A stretch of DNA of 64,000 nt. Origin: Minisyncoccia bacterium (GTDB lineage: Bacteria > Patescibacteriota > Minisyncoccia > Phycocordibacterales > UBA9973). Location of the stretch: the NCBI GenBank assembly GCA_049303835.1, contig JBAQNN010000002.1:94492-158491 (forward strand), given 5' to 3'. Positions 38,177-46,341 of the stretch are shown here, in pieces. The notes beneath the pieces were generated by a model, which had not been told where the DNA came from, did no database searches, and saw only the letters and a list, made by a program, of their open reading frames with translations. The stretch's first letter is position 1; each line of letters starts with the position of its first letter. The translations under genes and the position numbers were made by a program.

Positions 38177-40564
38177 TTAAAACGTATCCTCTCCCGCATG
38201 TGTATAGTCCGTCTTATTAGATCTAAAGACAGAGTTGCAATCTATGTCTGCACTGATTCTTTTATCTGTTTCACCTCCACCCAACCAGCTACAAATTCCA
38301 GTACAGGTAATATCTCCGTAAATATTTTTTGCATTGACTATAGGAAGATCTTTGTAGCCTTCTTCTCCCTCGTCATTGTTTTCGTTTCTGAAGGTGAAAG
38401 ATTGCCCTTGGTTAGAGGAATCTGATCTTATTATCTCTCCATGGCTATATCCAGAAACTATCGGAATGCTACAGAACTTTGCAAGTTCCGTCATTTGTCC
38501 ATGTTGTTTGCTTTCTCTTCCTCCAATTTTGTCCCAGTCAGCATTTTCTCTCTGTCCTTCACATTCTGTAGCCATATTCTTTATACTATTCCTTTTGTCG
38601 TTTAGTGAGTCCACATCTGATCTAGCGTTTTCTATTGTTATAGAAGATGAAACTGAAGATTTTATTGAATTATATTGTTTCTTTAACAGAACCATAGTTT
38701 TTTCCTGGGCAGAACCAGCTTCTGGTTGTGTCGCTATCGCCGCTAAGCCTGTTTTTTGTGCCGCTTTTTCGTTTCCTGCTATCGCCTTTAACCTTGCAAG
38801 CGCCTGAGCTTTTTCTCTTTTTATTCTTATAGCTTCGTCCATTTTTTCTGGAAAACCATCCATATTACTTATCTCCTCTAAATACAATATTGAGTTAGGA
38901 AGTTCATTTATCATTCTCATTATCACCCAATCCTTAAAGGAATCTACTGCAAACTTTAATTCTCTAACAGCATCAGTCGCTGCTTTTATTTTTAGATCAT
39001 CATCCCCAGCCTGATCTTTTTGTAGTTTATTTACAATTCTTCCCTGTTCTTCTTTTAATCTTTTTTCCCAGTTTTTGTCTGGTCCAGGAATACACTGGTC
39101 TAGTTTTTCAGCAAGTTGAGAGATCCCAAGACTTTCTGGATTAATATTATTTATTAGTTTCGGTATTATTTCTAGAAGAATTATTTCAGTTTCTGTGTTT
39201 GCTATGTCCCCAGGTATATAGGTACCATTACCAGTATTTCCTATTTCCTCGATCGTTTCTTCAGCACCTGTTTCTGGATTGATTTTTGTAACAATAGTTT
39301 TTCCATGCAATTGTTTTTTAAATTTATCTAATATGATTTCTTCGTCAGGCCCGGAGTCCCAGGACGAGTTAGCTCCTCCCTCATCAGGGCTTCCAAGAGT
39401 TAGCCCATTATAGCTCCAATCGTCCACTACAGGCTCAGGGTTTTTCTTGCTTGCTAGGCTATTTAGCCCGTCTCCTATGAATTTATTTAATAAAGCATCA
39501 AAAATGGTTGAAAGACTATTCCCCATAGCTGCTCCGAGTTCACTTTGGCGAAAGTTTGATCCTAGGGCATTTGTTATCTGGCTTGATACGACAGCGCCAG
39601 GAGTTGTACTTACTAATCCTCCTGGACAAGTATTTTCTTCTTGCCAATCTTGTTTTTCAGTTGCAACCCCATTTTGATAATCCATGTTGTAATTATCACA
39701 CCGCGTCTTTTCTTCTGGTGTTGGTTGTCCGTCGATGTTAAACTGACAAAAACTCTCATCATATTTTTGTGATGGCTTGAAGCTCGGTCTCTGAAATTCG
39801 TTCACTCCATTATTGTAGGATGGATTTGATGGACAAGTTTGTGGAGACAAGAACCCCATTCCCTGTTGTAGGGTTGTTTGTACCTTCTGTGCAGCTGTTT
39901 GAGTGGTTCCTTGTACTCGTCTAGCGAGTTCTTCTGTAGCGAGCATTTGGAAGCCTAGATAATTGTTTTGTGGATATTGAGTGTTTATGAGGAAAGCATC
40001 CCAGCCCCCTACATTGAAATTATTTTGATAGTTGCGAAGTTGTACTGGGTCAGTCATGACCTTACTCAAAGAATATGCTGCGTTATCACTGAGTTGTCTT
40101 TTATATGCGTTTATTGTGTTTAAAGCAAAATCTTTACCAAAAGGATATTTTAGATTGTCATAACCGAATGTGTCTACTAAATTTTTTACTTCTGATTTAG
40201 CGATGTCTTCAAAAAATGATTGTGGGTTTTCTAAAAAGAGAGGGCTTCCATGAAAACCCGAATTTATCCAGTTTACAGTACTTTTTGTTATCTCTTGTAG
40301 GGCTTTTCGGGCTACGGCTTGCAAAACTTGCTTCAAGATTTCTTGATACCATGTTTGTACAGCCTTTGAGGCAGTTATAGCGTTGGAGGCATTTCCTTGT
40401 ATTCCCAACGCAACCTTTATTCCACTCCATATCCCCCCCAAGATATCCATTACAGTAACTGCCTCAGCCTTCCTTGGTTCAATAAATAAAAAAGAGGGGA
40501 CAAGAATCATAATTAGCAGGAAAAGAGAGATTAACTTTTGAATTTTTGGGTTCTTAAAAATCAT
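38177..40564 (-). CDS. hypothetical large membrane-anchored surface protein (795 aa)
   Basis: N-terminal TM/signal (LISLFLLIMILVPSFLF), Gln/Asn-rich and Cys-containing ectodomain with coiled-coil segments. Confidence 0.4.
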   Translation of the reverse strand: MIFKNPKIQKLISLFLLIMILVPSFLFIEPRKAEAVTVMDILGGIWSGIKVALGIQGNASNAITASKAVQTWYQEILKQVLQAVARKALQEITKSTVNWINSGFHGSPLFLENPQSFFEDIAKSEVKNLVDTFGYDNLKYPFGKDFALNTINAYKRQLSDNAAYSLSKVMTDPVQLRNYQNNFNVGGWDAFLINTQYPQNNYLGFQMLATEELARRVQGTTQTAAQKVQTTLQQGMGFLSPQTCPSNPSYNNGVNEFQRPSFKPSQKYDESFCQFNIDGQPTPEEKTRCDNYNMDYQNGVATEKQDWQEENTCPGGLVSTTPGAVVSSQITNALGSNFRQSELGAAMGNSLSTIFDALLNKFIGDGLNSLASKKNPEPVVDDWSYNGLTLGSPDEGGANSSWDSGPDEEIILDKFKKQLHGKTIVTKINPETGAEETIEEIGNTGNGTYIPGDIANTETEIILLEIIPKLINNINPESLGISQLAEKLDQCIPGPDKNWEKRLKEEQGRIVNKLQKDQAGDDDLKIKAATDAVRELKFAVDSFKDWVIMRMINELPNSILYLEEISNMDGFPEKMDEAIRIKREKAQALARLKAIAGNEKAAQKTGLAAIATQPEAGSAQEKTMVLLKKQYNSIKSSVSSSITIENARSDVDSLNDKRNSIKNMATECEGQRENADWDKIGGRESKQHGQMTELAKFCSIPIVSGYSHGEIIRSDSSNQGQSFTFRNENNDEGEEGYKDLPIVNAKNIYGDITCTGICSWLGGGETDKRISADIDCNSVFRSNKTDYTHAGEDTF

Positions 40565-40594
40565 TTGAAGTATTTTAATTATATAATTTTTTAC

Positions 40595-41476
40595 TTAATC
40601 ATTCAATTTATTATACACTTCCTCACTCAGATTCTTGATTGTTTCCTCTAAAGAAACGCTATTTTTTTCGTACTGACTTATTCCTATAAGCGAAACGATT
40701 GCATCCGTGTCATACATCTTGATGTCTTCTATGTTTTCTGCAATTCTTTCCATCCCGTTTATAAAACTCAAATGAAGTGGAACCAAAGATTTTGGTACTC
40801 CTATTTTTAATATTTCGTCTATCAAACTTCTCGTTTGTTTTATTATTGGGTCTAAGTCTTTTAAAACACTTGTGTCCACATTATTTTCATCTATTACAAA
40901 TTTACCCAGCACCTCGATAACGCTTCCCTTTATGGGGTTTTTGGCATAAGCACTGTTTAGCTCATCGTTGTATGTCCTTATTGTTGCGTATTGATTTTCG
41001 TCCAGGATTTTTATATCCGCTTGGGTAAACACCTTTCTAGGTAAGATATTTTGCATTTTTTCGGAAAGAGAGGTAGTTATGCTGTCCACTGTCTTTTCAT
41101 CTACATTTCCTTGCTGATTAAGAGTTGCTACTGTTGAGAACAGTTCCCTTGAAAATTTCTCTGTCTCTGTGAGATTTTCAGTGTAATCTGGGCTGTCTTC
41201 AGTTGTAATGTTTGTGTCAAAACCTTGTTCAGCTTTCAATTTTTTTATTACCGAACTATCTGGGGCTCCGGGAGTAGTTTCTTTTGTTGTCGGGTCTAGA
41301 CCCCACAATGGCTCCTCCCAATCCAAAATTCCATCCCCATCTGTATCTTTATTTACTAGGTCTCCTATCGCCACAGTGTCATAAGTCAGTCCATCTTGTC
41401 CGCCCTTAACAAAATCTACAGTATTTTGAAACACAGAAGTGTTTTTCGCCAAAAAAAGGATGACGAGAAAAACCAC
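40595..41476 (-). CDS. hypothetical membrane-anchored protein with EF-hand/dockerin-like Ca-binding loop
   Basis: N-terminal TM; DTDGDGILDWEE matches the canonical 12-residue EF-hand/dockerin loop. Confidence 0.4.
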   Translation of the reverse strand: MVFLVILFLAKNTSVFQNTVDFVKGGQDGLTYDTVAIGDLVNKDTDGDGILDWEEPLWGLDPTTKETTPGAPDSSVIKKLKAEQGFDTNITTEDSPDYTENLTETEKFSRELFSTVATLNQQGNVDEKTVDSITTSLSEKMQNILPRKVFTQADIKILDENQYATIRTYNDELNSAYAKNPIKGSVIEVLGKFVIDENNVDTSVLKDLDPIIKQTRSLIDEILKIGVPKSLVPLHLSFINGMERIAENIEDIKMYDTDAIVSLIGISQYEKNSVSLEETIKNLSEEVYNKLND

Positions 41477-41562
41477 TGCCGAGCAGATTAAAATTACTCT
41501 TTTGTGTTTTGACCAAAATTCTTTAATTATGCTTTTATTGTACCACTTCTTTTGGAAGTAAA

Positions 41563-42417
41563 CTAGTTTTTAGCAAGCATTGACCAGTCTGATAGTGACA
41601 AATCTTCCGCTCTTTTATCTCCCAAGTTTGCCGAAGACAATTTTTCGGTAGAAATCAACCCTTTTAGGTTTGAAGAAAGCTTTTTGCGCTTGTGGGCAAA
41701 GCCATTTTTCACTATTTCCCAAAATTTTTCTTCATTTATTTTATTTTTATAAAAAAATTGACGAGAAATATTTTTTATCTCAATGATTGCCGAATCAACC
41801 TTGGGCTCGGGAGAAAAATACCTCTTATTTACCTTCATAACCATTTTCGGTTCCCCATATGCCTTCACGGAGATAGAAAGGATACTCTCCTTCCCGTCTC
41901 TGGCGACTATTCTAGACGCCACCTCGTGCTGAACCATGAGCACCATACGCTCTGGCTGATTTTCTGCTGTCAAAAATTTTTTTAAAATAGCGCCAGTGAT
42001 GTTGTAAGGAATGTTGGCAATTAGCTTATAGCTACACAAAATATTCTCGGACTCACCACGCATATTCACCTGCTGGTGAATTGCTTTTCTCGCGCCGTCG
42101 CGCTGCGAAGAGGTTCGCTCTAGAACATTTTGTTTCAGGTTAAAGTTCAAAATATCTTCATTTATTAACACAAAAGCACCTAACTGAATTTGTGTGGCAA
42201 ATTTGGTTTTTAAAAACTCAAAAAGTTCTCTATCTTTTTCTACTGCTACTACAGTGGCTCCGGTCTGTAGAAGTTTTTCTGTTAGCGCTCCCTTGCCCGG
42301 ACCAATCTCTAGGACAACATCACCAGGTTTTATTTCTCCCGCCTCGATAATCTTCTTGAGAGCTAGCTCAGATTTCAAAAAATTCTGTCCAAGTGATTTT
42401 TTTGCTTTGTGTATCAT
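41563..42417 (-). CDS. rsmA: 16S rRNA (adenine1518/1519-N6)-dimethyltransferase RsmA/KsgA
   Basis: KSLGQNFL N-terminal motif, SAM motif VLEIGPGKGALT. Confidence 0.85.
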   Translation of the reverse strand: MIHKAKKSLGQNFLKSELALKKIIEAGEIKPGDVVLEIGPGKGALTEKLLQTGATVVAVEKDRELFEFLKTKFATQIQLGAFVLINEDILNFNLKQNVLERTSSQRDGARKAIHQQVNMRGESENILCSYKLIANIPYNITGAILKKFLTAENQPERMVLMVQHEVASRIVARDGKESILSISVKAYGEPKMVMKVNKRYFSPEPKVDSAIIEIKNISRQFFYKNKINEEKFWEIVKNGFAHKRKKLSSNLKGLISTEKLSSANLGDKRAEDLSLSDWSMLAKN

Positions 42418-43955
42418 ATTGAAAGAATATTTTTAAGTTCATACAAATTTTTTGGGAAGTAACTTTTTATGGTTGGATCCATTAATTTTTCTACTGGAGA
42501 AAAATTATCTGTTAGAATTATATGATTTTCCTCTTTTAAAGATTGGGTAGAAATTATTTTGTCTGATAAAAAGTTATTTTCTCCCGACAACAATTTTTGT
42601 CTGAGCTCTGTTTCATTTATCGGAAGTTTTCCGTTTATACCAACCAACACTATGTTTTGTGGAAGTTCTCTCTCTGCACCAAAAGCGAATATGTAAAAAT
42701 TTGGGAAACTAGTTTTAAAAGTATTTAGTACACTATGAGTAAAAATAGATTTTTCTCCCGAGATTGAGCCGATAAAATTTATTGCATAGATTCCACCCTC
42801 ATTTAGTCTTTCTTTTACCTTACTATTCCATTCTTTTGTTAATAAATACCAAGGTACAGATATAAATGAATTATATGCATCACCAAATATTACATCATAT
42901 TTTTCTGTGTTTTTATTTATGACATTTTTTGCATCTCCTACGATTGTTTTTATATTGTATTTTTTTAGATCAAAAAAAGCATTGCCGATATTGATCATTT
43001 CTGGGTCTATTTCAACAACCGAAACACTCGCATCTTTATAATAATTCTCAAAATGTTTTGGCATTGTATATGCCCCAGCACCAATGACGAGAATATTCTT
43101 TATTTTTTCTTTTAAGCTAGCAAAGACAGGATATATTTCCGGGTAATATTCAATTTTTTTTTGGGGTTCAATGCTGTGAAAATCAAAATCCAAAACTAAA
43201 ATCCTAGAATCCCCATATGAAGAAAAATTGGTATCAACGACTTTTGCATCGTAATAGTTTGTTTCTTTTTCAAATACTATCTTAGGGTTTGATGTCTCCC
43301 GCTGTGTGAAATATAAAATTGTTGGCACTAGAATTATTGTCAAAATAAAAATCAAAAGCACTTTTCTATTTTTAAAGGCAAAAATTCCTCCTACCAAAAA
43401 TAATATGATAGACATCAACCAAATTGCTTCCTTGCTTCCGATATGAGAGATAAAGAAAAATCCGGTCAAAAATACACCGAGGATGCCACCGAATGACCAA
43501 GCAAAGGATAATGTGCCGTACTCGCTGCCGATTTTTGAAAAGTCGTTGGCGAATCTTTTTAAAATTATCGGCTGGATGAGTCCTATCGCCAGTGTCGGAA
43601 GCAGGAAGAGATATATAGATAAATATAAATTTAATTTTAAGATAGAATCCGAAGAATTTGTGATAAAATCTGTATTTTTTGCCAATAGTGGAATTATAGA
43701 AACTAGTATTGCCGAAGCGAGGAATGCCAAAGGAAGTGATTTGTCCCCGTCTGTTTTGTCTGCTATCTGCCCGCCGACATAACTACCAAAGGCTAGGCCA
43801 AGTAGAGTTATACCTATAACCGATGTCCAAGTAAATACCGAGGAACCGATGATAGGGGCGACTATTCTGCTTGAAATTAATTCAACTACCATCACCGAAA
43901 ATCCAGCAAGAAAAGAACTTAGTACGTAGAGTGATTGTTTGTTGAGAATTTGCAT
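42414..43955 (-). CDS. fused MFS-like membrane domain / spermidine synthase-like (aminopropyltransferase fold) protein
   Basis: About 6 N-terminal TM helices, then ILVIGAGAYTMPKHF...GDAKNV...YDVIFGDAY typical of the SpeE fold. Confidence 0.65.
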   Translation of the reverse strand: MQILNKQSLYVLSSFLAGFSVMVVELISSRIVAPIIGSSVFTWTSVIGITLLGLAFGSYVGGQIADKTDGDKSLPLAFLASAILVSIIPLLAKNTDFITNSSDSILKLNLYLSIYLFLLPTLAIGLIQPIILKRFANDFSKIGSEYGTLSFAWSFGGILGVFLTGFFFISHIGSKEAIWLMSIILFLVGGIFAFKNRKVLLIFILTIILVPTILYFTQRETSNPKIVFEKETNYYDAKVVDTNFSSYGDSRILVLDFDFHSIEPQKKIEYYPEIYPVFASLKEKIKNILVIGAGAYTMPKHFENYYKDASVSVVEIDPEMINIGNAFFDLKKYNIKTIVGDAKNVINKNTEKYDVIFGDAYNSFISVPWYLLTKEWNSKVKERLNEGGIYAINFIGSISGEKSIFTHSVLNTFKTSFPNFYIFAFGAERELPQNIVLVGINGKLPINETELRQKLLSGENNFLSDKIISTQSLKEENHIILTDNFSPVEKLMDPTIKSYFPKNLYELKNILSI

Positions 43956-43962
43956 ACATTCA

Positions 43963-45990
43963 TTATAAGTAAATCGTTTTTATTCCGCTAGTTTCGCCTT
44001 CTTTTTCTAATAAATCTGCTGGGATGTCGGAAATAAATTCCGAAGGAGCGTTTATTTGGCGTGAGCCGAAAATGGTGCGGAAATTTGCAAAGGATAAAAA
44101 TAATTTTTCTTTCGCGCGAGTAAGGGCTACATAAAATAGTCGGCGTTCCTCTTCTCTATCCTCGCCTGTTTGTCTCTCGTTCTGTCTTTCGTGCGGAAAG
44201 AGTCCGTCTTCCAGCCCTGTGACAAAAACGTATTTAAACTCAAGGCCCTTTGAAGCATGGACAGTCATGAGTTTGACGGCATTTATCGTTTCTTTTTTTT
44301 CTGTTTGGATCATTAACGAATCTTGGTCACTCGCCAGAGCTCCATCTTCTAAAAGCTTTTCTATGCCTGCACCGTTTTCTAAATTATCGTATTTCAAAGC
44401 CAAGGTAGCAAGCTCTTTGATGTTTTCCAGTCTTTCTATGTCCTCCTCTCCCCCACCCAAAAGCTCTTGTTCAATGCCGGATTTTTTGACCACAAACTTT
44501 ATCACTTCACTCGCTTTGGCGGTTTTTATTTTTTCTTTTATTTCTTCCAGAATTTGATAAAAATTGTTTATTTTCACTCTGACTTTTATTGGTAGCCCCC
44601 CGATTTCATTAGCAAAAATTTTTACTAAAGTGACCTTACCTATTCCTCGCGCCGGGAAATTGATAATTCTTTTTATATCCGAGAGGCTGTCAGGGTTTAA
44701 GGCGGCACGTAAATATGCGAGGGTGTCTTTGATTTCTTTTCTTTCAAAAAACTTTACTCCGAGGACCTGATAAGGAATATTGTAGCGGAGCATCGCTTCT
44801 TCCAGTGCGCGGGATTGAAAGTTTGCGCGATACAAGACCGCAATCTCTGAGTGTGAGCCTAGAGAAGAATGTTGATCCATAATTTCTAAAATTTTTGTCG
44901 CCACAAACTCTGCTTCGTCGGTTTCATCCAACGCTTCGTAGAGTCCTATTTTATCGCCCACTACATTTTCAGTAAATAAATTTTTATCCGGGCGGTATTT
45001 GTTTTTTTTGATTATCTCATTGGCCGCTTCCAAAATATTCTTTGTAGAACGATAATTTTGTTCTAGTAAGATTATTTTTGCATTCGGATAATCTTTTTCA
45101 AAACTCAAAATATTTTTTAAATTTGCTCCGCGCCAGGAATAAATATTCTGATCCGCATCTCCCACTACGCAGATATTTTTGTTGTTTTCGGAAAGCAGTT
45201 TGGACATCAAATATTGCACTTCGTTGGTGTCTTGATATTCGTCTACATGGATGAAGTCCCATTTTTCTTGATAAATTTTCCTAATTTCTGCATTTTCTTT
45301 TAATAATTTTGTCGCTTTCAAAAGCAAGTCGTCAAAATCAAGCGAATTTTCCTTCATCTTTTGTTTTTCATACAAATTCCACACCTGGGCCACTATTTTC
45401 CCTAGAGTGTCACTAGCCCCTTCCGCATAATCGGATAAGTGCACGAATTTCCCCTTTTCGCGCGAGATTATATTTTTTATTTTTTTTGGATCGTATTGTT
45501 TCGGATCTATGCCAAGCTCTTTTAAGATATTTTTTATCAAAGTCGTCGCATCGCCCTCATCTAAAATTGTGAAATATTTTGTGAGTCCGAGCAATTTAGC
45601 ATTTTGTTTTATTATATAAACTCCGAGTGAGTGAAATGTAGAAACGAAAGGCGCAGAAAATACTTCTCGCCTGGGGTCGCTGTCTCCACGTGCTCGTGGA
45701 GCGCTCCCTCTCGGCTCGTCAGCCTGCGAGAGACCCCACTCAAGAAGATTTTCTGCGCCCAGGGCAGACATGATTCTCTCCCGCATTTCTTTCGCTGCTT
45801 TGTTTGTGAAAGTCACAGCCAAAATCTTCTCCGGAGCGATTCCATTTTTTATCAAATTTACGATTCTGTGGGTGATAGTCTTGGTTTTTCCTGCTCCTGC
45901 TCCGGCGACGACAAGAAGCGGACCGTCCATATGAAGCGCCGCCTCTTTTTGTTCGTTATTTAGCCCCGCCAAGTGCTCCAAATTAGTCAC
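43963..45990 (-). CDS. UvrD/PcrA-family ATP-dependent DNA helicase with a GC-rich ~28-aa insertion
   Basis: GAGAGKTKT (motif I), TFTNKAAKEM (Ia), DEYQDTN (II), VGDADQNIY, C-terminal helicase motifs; insertion ...SQADEPRGSAPRARGDSDPRREVF... before TFHS. Confidence 0.85.
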   Translation of the reverse strand: MTNLEHLAGLNNEQKEAALHMDGPLLVVAGAGAGKTKTITHRIVNLIKNGIAPEKILAVTFTNKAAKEMRERIMSALGAENLLEWGLSQADEPRGSAPRARGDSDPRREVFSAPFVSTFHSLGVYIIKQNAKLLGLTKYFTILDEGDATTLIKNILKELGIDPKQYDPKKIKNIISREKGKFVHLSDYAEGASDTLGKIVAQVWNLYEKQKMKENSLDFDDLLLKATKLLKENAEIRKIYQEKWDFIHVDEYQDTNEVQYLMSKLLSENNKNICVVGDADQNIYSWRGANLKNILSFEKDYPNAKIILLEQNYRSTKNILEAANEIIKKNKYRPDKNLFTENVVGDKIGLYEALDETDEAEFVATKILEIMDQHSSLGSHSEIAVLYRANFQSRALEEAMLRYNIPYQVLGVKFFERKEIKDTLAYLRAALNPDSLSDIKRIINFPARGIGKVTLVKIFANEIGGLPIKVRVKINNFYQILEEIKEKIKTAKASEVIKFVVKKSGIEQELLGGGEEDIERLENIKELATLALKYDNLENGAGIEKLLEDGALASDQDSLMIQTEKKETINAVKLMTVHASKGLEFKYVFVTGLEDGLFPHERQNERQTGEDREEERRLFYVALTRAKEKLFLSFANFRTIFGSRQINAPSEFISDIPADLLEKEGETSGIKTIYL

Positions 45991-46010
45991 TTATCAAATA
46001 TAACACAGAT

Positions 46011-46316
46011 TTAGTTTCCTATTTGATTCATTATTCCGGAAGCTTTATCTTTAAATTTTAAAGCCTCTTCTTCTATTATTTTTTCAAAGTCTTTTACTTT
46101 TTCTTTTAAAAACATAAAAATATCTTCCGGCCCCGCATTTCTGTCTAGAAGTTTTTCAAATTCATCTTGATCTTCTTCTTTCATCACTTCCATCACGCGC
46201 ATTAGAACGTTTTGATAAATCAAAGCCCCGACACGAAGGATAATTTCTTGACGTTCTTCTGGCGGAAGATTCTCTAGTTCAAGCACACTGCTGATATTTT
46301 TTTGAATTGGGTTCAT
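46011..46316 (-). CDS. hypothetical protein (101 aa, acidic, helical)
   Basis: Co-oriented 25 nt downstream of the 775-aa hypothetical; no family recognised. Confidence 0.35.
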   Translation of the reverse strand: MNPIQKNISSVLELENLPPEERQEIILRVGALIYQNVLMRVMEVMKEEDQDEFEKLLDRNAGPEDIFMFLKEKVKDFEKIIEEEALKFKDKASGIMNQIGN

Positions 46317-46341
46317 AATTTTTTGTTATTAGTGATAAAAA

